A DNA stretch of 64,000 nt from Synechococcales cyanobacterium CRU_2_2 (lineage in GTDB: Bacteria; Cyanobacteriota; Cyanobacteriia; PCC-9006; JAAUQQ01), in assembly GCA_012034805.1 (NCBI GenBank), contig JAAUOP010000001.1, forward strand, positions 38,843 to 102,842. The letters are read 5' to 3'. Position numbers and translations under genes: made by a program. Shown here piece after piece: positions 21,512 through 32,043 of the stretch (position 1 is the first letter of the stretch; every line of letters begins with the position of its first letter). The notes beneath the pieces were generated by a model. The model was not told the origin of the DNA. It saw only the letters and a program-made list of their open reading frames with translations, and searched no databases.

Positions 21512-22288
21512 TTGTCCATGACCTCATTTACACCTGGATTTACATCTGCTGATACACCTGCCGACTTGATGCCTGAATTATTGACGCCTGGACAAACACC
21601 TAAGCCGATGCCTGCTTTCCAGGCAGAATTGTCGGACGGGAAGGCTCCCCAGTCAGTATTCCCTCGAGTTGTTGCTTTTCCACCCAATCGAGCCACCTTG
21701 GGAGGCACAGCTTACCTGATTGAAACGATCGCAGGTCATGTCCTGGTGGACAGTCCGCCCTGGACCCAAACGACGCGGGACTATTTGTTGACCAGGGGAG
21801 TCCGCTGGTTTTTTCTGACCCAGCGCGGTGCAATCGCCCAGGTCAAAGCCATCCAAGCCGTGCTCAATTGCGAAATCATCATCCAAGAGCAAGAAGCCTA
21901 TTTGCTGCCCAACCTCAAACCGACAACGTTCCATCGCGAGCTAGCCCTGTCGGAGGAACTGACGCTGCTCTGGAGCTGTGGCGTTTCACCGGGCTCGTCT
22001 TGTCTGCATTGGCGAGGTGAGGGCGGGGTGTTGTTCTCGGGGCGACACCTGCTGCCCACGCGATCGGGTGACGTTGCGCCCCTGCGGACTGCGAAGACGT
22101 TTCACTGGGAGCGTCAACTGCGCAGCGTAGCGGCATTGCGCGATCGCTTCTCCCCCGAAACGCTGCAATATCTTTGTCCTGGGGCCAGCATTGGCTTTTT
22201 GCGCGGTCAATATTGCGTTGCGGATGCTTATGAAAAATTGCGATCGCTCAACCTAGCAGCACTGCACAAAGCCAAACCCAGTCTGTGA
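21512..22288 (+). CDS. Hypothetical protein, MBL-fold-like but lacking the HxHxDH metal motif
   Basis: GGTAYLIETIAGHVLVDSPP...FFLTQRGAIAQ is MBL-like, but the catalytic His cluster is replaced. Confidence 0.4.
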   Translation: MSMTSFTPGFTSADTPADLMPELLTPGQTPKPMPAFQAELSDGKAPQSVFPRVVAFPPNRATLGGTAYLIETIAGHVLVDSPPWTQTTRDYLLTRGVRWFFLTQRGAIAQVKAIQAVLNCEIIIQEQEAYLLPNLKPTTFHRELALSEELTLLWSCGVSPGSSCLHWRGEGGVLFSGRHLLPTRSGDVAPLRTAKTFHWERQLRSVAALRDRFSPETLQYLCPGASIGFLRGQYCVADAYEKLRSLNLAALHKAKPSL

Positions 22289-22307
22289 ACCGGATGGAAC
22301 GATGGGT

Positions 22308-23843
22308 CTAGAGGGAAAGATGGTGAGCCAGGGTTTGGGCCATGTTTGGGCTTTCGGTGATGGCTTGGGCGACGCCTGCGGAAACTTGCGCCGCGATCGC
22401 CGTCATCGTCACCTCACTCAGGGTCATAAATCCCTGGGGCCAAATTCCAAAAGCAATAATCAAACCCGCCAATACAAACGACGGAACATGTTCCCTCAGC
22501 GTCACCCGGCGCAAATCGGAAAACGCGTCGGGCAATCGGCCAAAAAAGGCCCGATTGAGCAACAGTAAGAAATAGACCGACGTCAACCCCGTCCCCACCA
22601 TGCAAAGCAGTGTCTGTAACGGAAAAGCACCATAGCTGCCCCGAAAAATTGAAAACTCCGCCACAAAACCCATCAGCCCTGGCAACCCACTGCTGGCCAT
22701 TGCCGCCAAAATCATCAGCGAACCGACGATCGGCAACCCACGCTCTGGCGTCAGCAAGCCACTGAGCACCGTCAGGTCGCGGGTACCCGTACGGTTATAA
22801 ACAAACCCCACCAGCAAGAATAGCAGCGCCGAAATCAAGCCATGGCTGACCATTTGCGCGACGGCCCCGGTGAGGCTCAGGGGCGTCGCGGCGGCCAAGG
22901 CCAAGATGATGTAGCCCATGTGTCCGATGGAGCTGTAGGCCACCAGCTTTTTCATATCCTGCTGCGCGATCGCATTGAGCGAGCCATAAATCGTACTGAC
23001 CACGGCCAACACCGCCAAGGCCGGTGCAAATACCTCCCAAGCCTGGGGCAACAGCCCCAGACCAAACCGCAGCAAACCATAGGTTCCCAGCTTGAGTAGC
23101 ACCCCCGCCAACAGCATCGACACTGGCGTCGAGGCTTCGACGTGGGCATCGGGGAGCCAGGTATGCAACGGCACGATCGGCACTTTGATCCCAAAGGCAA
23201 TCAACATCACGGAGAGCAGGAGAATTTGCTGGCCGAGACTGAGCCGCTCCGCCACCGTCGAGTCGTAGGCAAAAGACCCGGTGCCGCCCAGGGCTGCAAG
23301 TCCCAGTACACCCAGCAGCAGAAAAATGCCGGAAATCGCTGTGTAAATCAAAAACTTGGTCGAGGCATACCCGCGCCGTTTACCGCCCCAAATGGCAATC
23401 AAGAGGTACAGCGGAATCAGCTCAAGTTCATAAAAAACAAAAAACAGCAACATATCCTGAGCCAAAAATGCCCCCGTGACGCTGCTACTGAGTAGCAACA
23501 TCAAGCTGTAGTAGAGGCGCGGACGCAGTAGATGTTGATCGCTCGCGCAGATCACCAAAATCAGCAGTAGGGCATTGAGCAGCACCAAGGGCAACGACAG
23601 TCCATCCACCCCCAACCGATAGGAGAGGCCTAAAGGTTCAACCCAGGGCAGCTGTTCGCTCCACTGCAATCCGGGGTTTGCAGCATCAAATTGCCAAAAG
23701 ACAATCAGCGAGAGGACGAAGACGAGGCCCGCCGTAACCCCGGCGATGATGCGCGCGAGATTTTGAGTGGAGCCGGCTTCTCCGGGCAACATCGCCACGA
23801 CAATTGCTGCCACAAGCGGCAGTCCAATGAGAGCACTGAGCAT
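22308..23843 (-). CDS. ndhD: NAD(P)H-quinone oxidoreductase chain 4 (NdhD / NuoM family)
   Basis: 511 aa, about 14 TM segments, NuoM/NdhD signature blocks (e.g. WLPDAHVEASTPVSMLLAGVLLKLGTYGLLRF). Confidence 0.85.
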   Translation of the reverse strand: MLSALIGLPLVAAIVVAMLPGEAGSTQNLARIIAGVTAGLVFVLSLIVFWQFDAANPGLQWSEQLPWVEPLGLSYRLGVDGLSLPLVLLNALLLILVICASDQHLLRPRLYYSLMLLLSSSVTGAFLAQDMLLFFVFYELELIPLYLLIAIWGGKRRGYASTKFLIYTAISGIFLLLGVLGLAALGGTGSFAYDSTVAERLSLGQQILLLSVMLIAFGIKVPIVPLHTWLPDAHVEASTPVSMLLAGVLLKLGTYGLLRFGLGLLPQAWEVFAPALAVLAVVSTIYGSLNAIAQQDMKKLVAYSSIGHMGYIILALAAATPLSLTGAVAQMVSHGLISALLFLLVGFVYNRTGTRDLTVLSGLLTPERGLPIVGSLMILAAMASSGLPGLMGFVAEFSIFRGSYGAFPLQTLLCMVGTGLTSVYFLLLLNRAFFGRLPDAFSDLRRVTLREHVPSFVLAGLIIAFGIWPQGFMTLSEVTMTAIAAQVSAGVAQAITESPNMAQTLAHHLSL

Positions 23844-24061
23844 GGTTTACCTGTTGATCCTGCCTGAATCCTGTGGGCCGAAGCGATCGCAAAATATATT
23901 GCAAAATATTGGCTTCAAGCTATCGATCAATCTACCCTGAAACGGGATCGCCTGTAGAGCCTGGGTTTGTTCGCACAAAAAGCCCACGGTGTGGGGCTTT
24001 TTTGCTCTTACCTCTAATCCCTAAAAAGGGGACAAGAATCAGGCTCACTCGATCAAACGCG

Positions 24062-24202
24062 TTACATCAAACCAATTTGAGACAGGATGCCTTGACCGGT
24101 CAGCAGTTCAGTTGCCAGACCGACCACGAAACCCAGCATTGCCAAGCGGCCATTCCAGGTTTCTGCAATTTGGGTGAAGCCGAACTTGTTGGAGTTTTCC
24201 AT
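24062..24202 (-). CDS. hli: High-light-inducible protein (HLIP, CAB/ELIP family), 46 aa
   Basis: MENSNKFGFTQIAETWNGRLAMLGFVVGLATELLTGQGIL is the canonical HLIP chlorophyll-binding helix. Confidence 0.75.
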   Translation of the reverse strand: MENSNKFGFTQIAETWNGRLAMLGFVVGLATELLTGQGILSQIGLM

Positions 24203-24562
24203 TGCCTTAAACCTCTGAAGAGTTTTTTGTTTCGAACTGCGCTCTGTAAACATAATGTAACGCAAGGTTAAGCAATGCGCAACATTTCCCCAAGGTGAGA
24301 AAACCGCACCTCAAACAGGCTCAAGAAGCCTATCTTAAAAGGCTTCTTAAATGTTGTTGGCAATACATTTTTGCGAAAAATGGCGCTAGGGTTGGTCTGA
24401 CTTTGAGCAAAAAAATGTAAAGTAAGTTACCAAAAAAGCCATAATGTGCATAGTCTTATCGGTCGAGTTGGCCCCAAGGATATGCCCAAGCAAAAAGCCG
24501 CCTTACCCCCCAATTTGATCATCAAACTCGGTCGCTGGGGCTGGGAAACAGTCTGGCACGTG

Positions 24563-25522
24563 ATGATGTCTCAGATGGCTCCGCGTAGCAAGGCTGGTGC
24601 TTATGTCAGACCCGAGAGCGAATTTCGGCAGCGGCTGGGCGACGTGTCGTCTCAGTTTCCGGCAGCGGCTGGGCGATACCATTTGTTAGTTGGTATGAGT
24701 TGTCCTTGGGCGCACCGGACGTTGGTGGTGCGAGCGCTCAAGGGTCTCAAAAACGCAATCCCGATCACCGTCTTGCGTCCTTCGCCCGAAGCTGGGGGCT
24801 GGATTTTTGAGCAGCCCTTTGAGCCACGTTCTAACCCCGCCGGTTCTAATCTCGCCAGTTCTTACCCCTGTCAGTCTTTGGCCCAATTTTATGCCCAGGC
24901 CCACCCCGGTTACGGCGGACGTAATACGGTGCCAGTGCTGTGGGACAGTCAGACGAATGCGATCGTCAATAACGAAAGTTCGGAGATTATCGTCATTCTC
25001 AACGAAGCGTTGAACGAATTTGCCGAAAACCCTGACTTAGACCTCTACCCCGAGGCGTTGCGTCCATCGATTGACGCGTGGAATACCAAAATCTACGAAG
25101 CGATCAATAACGGGGTCTATCGCTGCGGTTTTGCCCAAACCCAGGCCGCCTACGATAGGGCGGTGAACGAATTATTTGGGGCGCTCGATGAAATTGATGC
25201 CCTGTTGGCGACTCGGCGGTATGTGTGCGGTGATCACCTCAGCCTCACCGATGTGCGGCTGTTTACGACGCTGATTCGGTTTGACGTGGCGTATTTTGGC
25301 ATTTTTAAGTGCGATCGCCGCCGCATCATCGAATACCCCCAGCTCAGCGGTTATATGCGCGATATCTATCAACTCCCCGGCGTCGCCGACACCTGCGACA
25401 TTGCTGCCGTCAAACGGGACTACTACGGCAATCTTTTTCCGCTCAACCCCGGCGGCATTATTCCCACCGGCCCCAACCTCGACTTCCTCACCCAGCCCCA
25501 TGGACGTGAGGCGCTGCCATAA
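24563..25522 (+). CDS. Glutathionyl-hydroquinone reductase (Xi-class GST, YqjG/ECM4 family)
   Basis: GRYHLLVGMSCPWAHRTL (CPWA active site) and a C-terminal GST fold; start set at the MMSQ ATG, not the longer track ORF. Confidence 0.8.
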   Translation: MMSQMAPRSKAGAYVRPESEFRQRLGDVSSQFPAAAGRYHLLVGMSCPWAHRTLVVRALKGLKNAIPITVLRPSPEAGGWIFEQPFEPRSNPAGSNLASSYPCQSLAQFYAQAHPGYGGRNTVPVLWDSQTNAIVNNESSEIIVILNEALNEFAENPDLDLYPEALRPSIDAWNTKIYEAINNGVYRCGFAQTQAAYDRAVNELFGALDEIDALLATRRYVCGDHLSLTDVRLFTTLIRFDVAYFGIFKCDRRRIIEYPQLSGYMRDIYQLPGVADTCDIAAVKRDYYGNLFPLNPGGIIPTGPNLDFLTQPHGREALP

Positions 25523-25569
25523 AACTCTGTCAAAAACGACGGTCATAAAACTCTGTCAAAAACGACGGT
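25518..25569. repeat. Tandem direct repeat, 26 bp x2, overlapping the GST-like gene stop codon
   Basis: cataaaactctgtcaaaaacgacggt duplicated head-to-tail. Confidence 0.75.
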
Positions 25570-25642
25570 CACAAACGGCGCGATAATGGAATCTGGAGCC
25601 CTCACTGTTGACGCGCTGGGATTGACCGCGCTGTGATTAGCC

Positions 25643-26545
25643 ATGCCTACCGCCCCTTTGCTGTTGATCTTAGACACCGAAACCAGCGGCATCAACGTAG
25701 CCCAGCATGAAGTCTTGGAAATTGCGGCGGTGCTTTACTCCGTAGAACACCAATGCAGCTTGCAGCAAATTAGCACACTGATTCCCACGGATCTGGAGAC
25801 CAACCCTGCCGAGGCGATTAACCGAATTTCGATTGCCGCCGCCAATGCCACGCCGCCGGAGCTGAGCGACTATTTGTGCCAAACCATTAACTATTGGGGA
25901 GCGATCGCCCAACACGTCGTCGCCCATAACGCCGAATTCGATCGCAAATGGTTCAAAAATCACCCCATCCTGGCTGATCTCTACGATCGCCCTTGGCTTT
26001 GCACTTGCCACGATTTCACCTGGCCCAAGCAGCACAAACCCGGTCAAAAACTCATTGACCTAGCCTTGGCTCACGGCATTGGGGTCAGCAGTGCCCACCG
26101 TGCCCTCACCGATTGCCAGTTGTTGTCTGCCCTGTTCGATCGCATGGAAGATTTGCCGGGGCTGATTGCAGCGGCCGCGAGCCCCAAACGGTTGGTGCGG
26201 GGAGATGTTTCCTATGGCGATCGCCAACTGGCCAAAGACGCCGGTTTCCGCTGGGATGGGGACAGCAAGCAGTGGCTCTGTAAGCTGAGCGAGAATGAGT
26301 TGGCCAAACTCCCCTTCAGGTACACGGTACTAGAGAGCGCTGTACCCGAGGGTGCTGCACTACCGGGAACTGCACTACCAGGCACTGCACCAGAGCAGGC
26401 CGATTCCAGAAGTACCGAGCCTAAAACATCCGAAAAGGTCTCCGGCAAGACGGTAGCCCCCATTCAGTCCCCCCTCGAGCATCCTGTCGTTAAATTCAGC
26501 AAAGTTGCGGATGACACTATCCCGTTCCAGGTCAAATCCCCGTAA
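25643..26545 (+). CDS. DnaQ-like 3'-5' exonuclease (DEDD family) with C-terminal extension
   Basis: LLLILDTETSGI (Exo I), HNAEFDRKW (Exo II), HRALTDCQ (Exo III); C-terminal ALPGTALPGTAPEQ repeat. Confidence 0.7.
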   Translation: MPTAPLLLILDTETSGINVAQHEVLEIAAVLYSVEHQCSLQQISTLIPTDLETNPAEAINRISIAAANATPPELSDYLCQTINYWGAIAQHVVAHNAEFDRKWFKNHPILADLYDRPWLCTCHDFTWPKQHKPGQKLIDLALAHGIGVSSAHRALTDCQLLSALFDRMEDLPGLIAAAASPKRLVRGDVSYGDRQLAKDAGFRWDGDSKQWLCKLSENELAKLPFRYTVLESAVPEGAALPGTALPGTAPEQADSRSTEPKTSEKVSGKTVAPIQSPLEHPVVKFSKVADDTIPFQVKSP

Positions 26546-26626
26546 CATAACGGATTGATAAGTTTCTGATGCCGGTTCTGACGCGCTCCATTACCATTAA
26601 ATTAATTAAAAACGTTAAGAAACTTT

Positions 26627-27979
26627 ATGAACTCGGCTCTCCTCAACCCAGTCGCGCTTCAGCTCAATAATCCAACGGTTCACACGCTTCCCAACGGACT
26701 TAAAATTATTGCCGAGCGAATGCCCGTTGAGGTGATGTCCCTTGACATTTGGGCGCGGGTTGGCTCGGCGATCGAATCCGATGAGATCAACGGCATGGCC
26801 CATTTCCTTGAGCACATGGTGTTTAAGGGAACCGATAAACTCAGGGCCGGAGAATTTGAACGCCGGGTAGAAGAGCGTGGTGCTGTCATGAATGCTGCCA
26901 CCAGCCAAGACTATACCCATTTCTATATCACCTGCGCCCCCCAGGACTTTGCCCTGCTGGCTCCGCTGCAGCTCGATTTGGTCTTCAATCCCAGTATTCC
27001 CGACACAGATTTTGAAGCCGAGCGCCAAGTCGTTCTCGAAGAAATTCGTCGCGCTGAGGACAGCCCCCAGCGCCGCAGCTATACCCACATGGTAGAAGCT
27101 GCCTTTGAGCGCCTCCCCTATCGCCGTCCGGTGCTGGGGCCGAGCTCGGTGGTTGAGCGCCTCACGCCCCAACAAATGCGGGATTTTTATTACGCCTGGT
27201 ATCGGCCTGAGAATTTGACGATTGTGGCGGTGGGCAATTTGCCGGTGGAAGCGATGATCGAAACGATTGTCGAAAATATTCCCCAGGTTTTTCATGAGCG
27301 GACAGCCGCTGCGATCGCGACTCTCCCGGCTATGCCAGAGTCTGCGATGGCCGGATCTGACCCACCCTCTTCTGGGACACCGGAGCCCGCCTTTGGACAA
27401 GTCGAACGCCACGAATTTACGGATCCGACGCTGCAACAGGCGCGGCTGATGATGACTTGGCGGGTGCCCGGTCTTCAGCACCTCGACCAAACCTATGCCC
27501 TAGATGTGTTGTCGTCAATTTTGTCCCACGGGCGCACATCGCGGTTGGTGCAGGATTTGCGGGAGACGCGATCGCTCGTCACCAGTATCTCCGCAGGCAA
27601 CACAGACTATTGGGTTCAGGGCCTCTTTACGGTGTCAGCGCGGCTGCCAGAAGAAAATCTAGAGTTGGTAGAGGCCGCAATTTTGCAGCACCTGCGTGAG
27701 CTACAAACCTGCTTGGTGAAAGCCTCGGAGATTCAGCGAGTGCGCACCCAGGTGGCGAATCGGTTTGTGTTTGGCAATGAACGACCGAGCGATCGCATGG
27801 GGCTCTACGGCTACTACCAAACCCTGATCGGCGACTTAGAACCCGCCTTTAACTACCCCACCATTATCCGCAATGTCACCGCAGAAGATGTCCAGGAAGC
27901 TGCCCTACGCTACCTACCCACAGATGCCTACAGCCTGGTGATGATTCGCCCTGAATCTGCTCAAACTACGGTCAATTGA
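26627..27979 (+). CDS. M16-family zinc peptidase (insulinase/processing protease-like)
   Basis: HFLEHMVFKGT inverted zinc-binding HxxEH motif; length and domain order typical of M16B. Confidence 0.8.
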   Translation: MNSALLNPVALQLNNPTVHTLPNGLKIIAERMPVEVMSLDIWARVGSAIESDEINGMAHFLEHMVFKGTDKLRAGEFERRVEERGAVMNAATSQDYTHFYITCAPQDFALLAPLQLDLVFNPSIPDTDFEAERQVVLEEIRRAEDSPQRRSYTHMVEAAFERLPYRRPVLGPSSVVERLTPQQMRDFYYAWYRPENLTIVAVGNLPVEAMIETIVENIPQVFHERTAAAIATLPAMPESAMAGSDPPSSGTPEPAFGQVERHEFTDPTLQQARLMMTWRVPGLQHLDQTYALDVLSSILSHGRTSRLVQDLRETRSLVTSISAGNTDYWVQGLFTVSARLPEENLELVEAAILQHLRELQTCLVKASEIQRVRTQVANRFVFGNERPSDRMGLYGYYQTLIGDLEPAFNYPTIIRNVTAEDVQEAALRYLPTDAYSLVMIRPESAQTTVN

Positions 27980-28368
27980 TTGAGGTTGGCTTGCCGAGCG
28001 ATTTCCTCATCTCCAGCACCTTGGGCAACCCAGGAGAAGCATTGCTCAATCAGGCGATGAACCTGGTGTCGATCCCGAGATTGGAACTGCACAATCACGT
28101 CATCCCAACCCCCTTTGAGTAGGGTTAGGCGGTAGAAACCTTCGGGATTAGCCTCGGGATACCAACCGAGGTCAAATGCATACCCGCTTTGATCGACGAC
28201 CCAGCCGCCGCCATCAAATCGCAGTGGTTCGATAACGAGCAAATCTTCGCTGTAGAATTCGTCATTCACGATGACGCCATCATTCACCACGGGGTCCACG
28301 TCGCCGAAAGCATGGTGAGTGACGGCCCAGCCGCCTGGAATCTTGATCGAAAATAATTTTTCGTACAT
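27961..28368 (-). CDS. Hypothetical protein (135 aa)
   Basis: Protein-like ORF with a Gly/Trp/Asp-rich beta-type composition; no family recognised. Confidence 0.4.
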   Translation of the reverse strand: MYEKLFSIKIPGGWAVTHHAFGDVDPVVNDGVIVNDEFYSEDLLVIEPLRFDGGGWVVDQSGYAFDLGWYPEANPEGFYRLTLLKGGWDDVIVQFQSRDRHQVHRLIEQCFSWVAQGAGDEEIARQANLNQLTVV

Positions 28369-28376
28369 AGCCTTCC

Positions 28377-28727
28377 TTACCGTTTTAACCTCGGATGGGA
28401 ATGGATCGCGGGTTGACCACTATGGGCACCCGTTAATTCAGCCCTGAGCCAGTAGGCATCTTTACCATCAGCATAGCCAATTTGTTCTGAATACTCTTGG
28501 TAGGCGTGATAAGTACCATCACCTTTATCTACGATTTCCCCTACCCGCAACGTATCTTGCTCTAGTTTTTTCACAACCTCCGCTGTCATGGCATAAAGGA
28601 ACTGGCTCGGGGTATTGTTTTCGCTATTCTGACGACGCTGCTCTTCCGAGTTTCCTCTCCAGTGCTTACCCCTAGAATATTGGGCAGGCGGAATATGAAC
28701 GGCTGCGGTGATCAGGTCTCTCAACAT
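28377..28727 (-). CDS. Hypothetical small protein; real start probably the internal MTAEVVKKLEQ...
   Basis: ORF upstream of and co-oriented with 27961..28368; weak coding signal. Confidence 0.3.
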   Translation of the reverse strand: MLRDLITAAVHIPPAQYSRGKHWRGNSEEQRRQNSENNTPSQFLYAMTAEVVKKLEQDTLRVGEIVDKGDGTYHAYQEYSEQIGYADGKDAYWLRAELTGAHSGQPAIHSHPRLKR

Positions 28728-28785
28728 TACTGGGCAGGATTTCTGTGATCAGTGGTTTGTTTATTATCTGAGAGGGCAAGCCCAC

Positions 28786-29658
28786 ATGTGGAACGAAATT
28801 TGCCAACAGATTAGCCAGGCAACTGGGCGAAAGTTTGAGCTAGAGAACCGCAAATCCATCGGTGGGGCTGCATTAACGAGGTTTGCAATCACCGGTGCTG
28901 GTGCTGGCGGCGATCGCTATTTTCTCAAGCTCAACCGCGCCGAGGCCTTGCCGATGTTTGAGGCGGAAGCCCTAGGCCTCAAACAACTGGCGGCTGCCCA
29001 GGCTATCCGGGTGCCCCGACCGATTTGCTGGGGCACGGCGGGCGATGACTGCTATTTAGTGATGGAATATTTGGCGTTTGGCTCCGGAAGTTCCCAAGCT
29101 TGGGCAGACATGGGCCGACAGTTGGCAAGGCTGCACCGCTTGGCGATCAGCGATCGCGGCTTTGGCTGGCAGCGCAACAACACCATCGGCTCCACGCCGC
29201 AGATCAACAACTGGAGCCCAACCTGGAGCGAGTTTTGGACTGAGCAGCGGATTGGCTATCAACTACGGCTCGGGCAACGCCAGGGCGGGCGGTTTGAGGG
29301 AAGCGATCGCCTTCTGGCACAGATCCCACGCCTACTCAAAGGCCACAACCCGCAGCCCTCCCTAGTGCATGGCGATTTGTGGTCTGGCAATGCGGCCATC
29401 CTAGCCGATGGCACGCCGACGATTTTTGATCCGGCGGCTTACTATGGCGATCGCGAGGTAGACCTAGCCATGACCGAACTCTTCAGGGGTTTCCCCGCCG
29501 CGTTTTACCAAGGCTATGCAGAAATTTGGCCTCTGGAATCGGGCTACCAAAACCGCAAACTGCTCTACAACCTCTACCACGTCCTCAATCACTTCAATCT
29601 GTTTGGCGGCAGCTACAGCGCCCAGGCCAACCGCATGATTGAGCAATTACTGAGTTGA
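28786..29658 (+). CDS. Fructosamine-3-kinase family protein (aminoglycoside-phosphotransferase fold)
   Basis: GGAALTRFAITGAGAGGDRYFLKLN...; catalytic HGDLWSGNAA...DPAAYYGDREVDLAM. Confidence 0.8.
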   Translation: MWNEICQQISQATGRKFELENRKSIGGAALTRFAITGAGAGGDRYFLKLNRAEALPMFEAEALGLKQLAAAQAIRVPRPICWGTAGDDCYLVMEYLAFGSGSSQAWADMGRQLARLHRLAISDRGFGWQRNNTIGSTPQINNWSPTWSEFWTEQRIGYQLRLGQRQGGRFEGSDRLLAQIPRLLKGHNPQPSLVHGDLWSGNAAILADGTPTIFDPAAYYGDREVDLAMTELFRGFPAAFYQGYAEIWPLESGYQNRKLLYNLYHVLNHFNLFGGSYSAQANRMIEQLLS

Positions 29659-29893
29659 TGCAAAGCCAATCAGCTCGGGCAAACGCGGTTTGTTGCGCCA
29701 AAGATTCCGGAACTTGGGATGAACCGCCTTTCATCCGGCTGTTCTCGGGTGCTTCTTTGAATCTTCACACGTAAGCTGCTGATCTACTTTTTACACAGGG
29801 GAATACAGAGGGGAGTCGAACCTTTACCCACCGATTTGCGTCTTGGGGATTCGGTTGCGGCGCTTACCCGTCACCCTCCGCAGCTTCTCTGCC

Positions 29894-30535
29894 ATGAAAT
29901 TCTCCCTTGCCCAGCAGCGTGTTGCCTTCCTGACGGCGGCCTGTCTGGGCTCGACCCAGGTACTCCCCGCCAGCGATTGGGTGGAGCAACAGGGCTTCGC
30001 GGCCTCTCAAGTTGAGGTGTACCCGTCAGAATCCCAGTCGCGAGAATCCCCGCCGCCAGAATCCCAGAGTCTTCACCCCGATGAAGAAGTTGTTTTAATG
30101 GCGGCTCCCGTCGGCGATGGTTCCCACCAGCTCGTGCTGGTGGAGCAGCGTCCCGGCAGTTGCCGATCGGCTGCGCCCACGACCCTCAACCCGCTGCTGT
30201 TGGGGTTTAACTTTGGTGGGACTTGCGATCGCACCATTGATGGCGATCGCTATTCTGTCCGAACCGGCGGTGAGGAGCTCAACTGGCGCTATGGTCTCGC
30301 AATTGTTGAATATGGACGTGAACTGCTGTTGCTGGGAATTCCGACCGATAATCCGGCGGAGGCCAAGTTGCTGATTGCCCGTAGTCGGGGAGGGAGGCGA
30401 TCGGCTGGAGCGCGGGTGCCGCTGCGGTTGGAGACGGGCTGGCGGCTGACTCAGCGTACCTACAACGGCAATATTCTGGAGCAGTTGTATCTTGCCCAGG
30501 ACAGTCTGCTGACTGAGATCGAGGTGAAAGTTTAG
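29894..30535 (+). CDS. Hypothetical secreted protein
   Basis: MKFSLAQQRVAFLTAACLGSTQVLPA signal-peptide-like N-terminus; ATG 29894 preferred. Confidence 0.4.
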   Translation: MKFSLAQQRVAFLTAACLGSTQVLPASDWVEQQGFAASQVEVYPSESQSRESPPPESQSLHPDEEVVLMAAPVGDGSHQLVLVEQRPGSCRSAAPTTLNPLLLGFNFGGTCDRTIDGDRYSVRTGGEELNWRYGLAIVEYGRELLLLGIPTDNPAEAKLLIARSRGGRRSAGARVPLRLETGWRLTQRTYNGNILEQLYLAQDSLLTEIEVKV

Positions 30536-30553
30536 TAGACGGGTATTTAATTT

Positions 30554-31732
30554 TCAATTTGAAGCGGCAGCTTTGAGGGCTGCAATGATTTTGGTGTTGG
30601 CTTTGGGAAAGGGATATTGCTCAATTTCATCCAGCGTCACCCAAAGCATTTCATCGCATTCTAGGGGTTTGGGTTCACCGGACAGGTAGCGGCAATTGAA
30701 CACCTCCAGTGTCACTTTTAAGTGGGTGTAGGCGTGATCCAGACTCATCAGCTGATCGTCCACCGCAATCTCAATGTCGAGTTCTTCTTTCACCTCTCGC
30801 CGCACGCAATCTTCCAGACTTTCTCCAGGTTCGAGCTTCCCTCCCGGAAATTCCCAAAGGCCGCCCAGGAGACCTTCCTGGCGACGGCGATCGATCAAAA
30901 TCTTCCCCGACTTGTTCCAAATGACCGCAACGCCAATGATTTTGTGGGGCACGGGGCGAGCGGCTTCACGCATGGGTATCTCCGACTGAATGCCTAAATT
31001 GTAGGACTGACAGTGCGATCGCCAAGGACAGCGATCGCACTCCGGCTGCTTGGGCTTACACACCGTCGCTCCCAAATCCATCAACGCCTGGTTAAAATCG
31101 CGGGGATAGTCCGGATCAATCAACGCCTCAGAAATCGCCCACAGAGGGGCCAGTGCTTTGGCCGGTGGACGATCCAAGGCTACTAGTCTTGCCAGCACTC
31201 GCTTGACATTGCCATCCAAAATGGCCGTTTTTTGATTGAACGCCGCACTCAAAATGCCGCCTGCGGTGGTGCGGCCAATCCCCGGCAGCGTCAGGGCAAG
31301 CGCAAAAGTTTTGGGAAAAACACCGTCATGTTCCTGGGCCACCTGCTGGGCTGCCCGATGCAAATTGCGAGCCCGAGCGTAATAACCCAGTCCTTCCCAC
31401 TGTTTGAGGACGGCGGTTTGGTCGGCGGCGGCAAGGGCCTGAACGGTGGGAAAGGCCACGAGCCAGCGCTGGTAGTAGGGCATCACGGTTGTGACCTGGG
31501 TCTGCTGAAGCATAATCTCCGAGATCCAGATAGCGTAGGGATCACGGCTGCGACGCCAGGGGAGATCACGTCCAGTCTCGGCGTACCAAGCCAGGAGCGA
31601 TCGCCGTAGGGCGATCGCCCAGGTTGAGTCCCCAGGTAAATCCAGCCCCGAATCTAAAGACGCTTGGGGCAATTCCACCACGGTTAATTCCGGTTGCCTT
31701 GCTGCTCGATCGCCCAATGCCGCTACCCCCAT
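30554..31732 (-). CDS. mutY: A/G-specific adenine DNA glycosylase MutY (HhH-GPD + 4Fe-4S + NUDIX-like C-terminal domain)
   Basis: LAWYAETGRDLPWRR...PYAIWISEIMLQQTQVTTVMPYYQRW; CxxxxxxCxxC...C cluster (CKPKQPECDRCPWRSHC); C-terminal MutT-like domain. Confidence 0.85.
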   Translation of the reverse strand: MGVAALGDRAARQPELTVVELPQASLDSGLDLPGDSTWAIALRRSLLAWYAETGRDLPWRRSRDPYAIWISEIMLQQTQVTTVMPYYQRWLVAFPTVQALAAADQTAVLKQWEGLGYYARARNLHRAAQQVAQEHDGVFPKTFALALTLPGIGRTTAGGILSAAFNQKTAILDGNVKRVLARLVALDRPPAKALAPLWAISEALIDPDYPRDFNQALMDLGATVCKPKQPECDRCPWRSHCQSYNLGIQSEIPMREAARPVPHKIIGVAVIWNKSGKILIDRRRQEGLLGGLWEFPGGKLEPGESLEDCVRREVKEELDIEIAVDDQLMSLDHAYTHLKVTLEVFNCRYLSGEPKPLECDEMLWVTLDEIEQYPFPKANTKIIAALKAAASN

Positions 31733-31977
31733 TTCGCAAGATCATCAGCTCCGACAAATCATCACCCAAATCATCACCCCTATTCGTGACCTTTCGCGAG
31801 AGAATGGATAAGTGCAAGATCTATCCCAAGAATCTCAGCAGCAAATCTCAGCTATGACGATCCGCAGCGAAAACCCGGAACAGTGCGAGCATGAGCCTCC
31901 TCAACTTTCAACGCACCTGTTACCCCCTCACCGACTTTTGCTTGCGATCTTCTGGCTGTGCTACTTGACTTCCCCCG

Positions 31978-32016
31978 CATCAGTTCTGCGCATCAGTTCT
32001 GCGCATCAGTTCTGCG
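31978..32016. repeat. Tandem repeat, 13 bp x3, 28 bp upstream of the moeB start
   Basis: gcatcagttctgc x3. Confidence 0.7.
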
Positions 32017-32043
32017 CCCCTGCGTCTTTGCCCTTCTCCCATC

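Noticed and set aside
24627-24683. 17-bp direct duplication (cggcagcggctgggcga) inside the GST-like gene, a possible insertion artefact
   Set aside because: The reading frame is continuous and the encoded segment aligns with the variable pre-CPWA loop of the family. It is probably a benign internal repeat.
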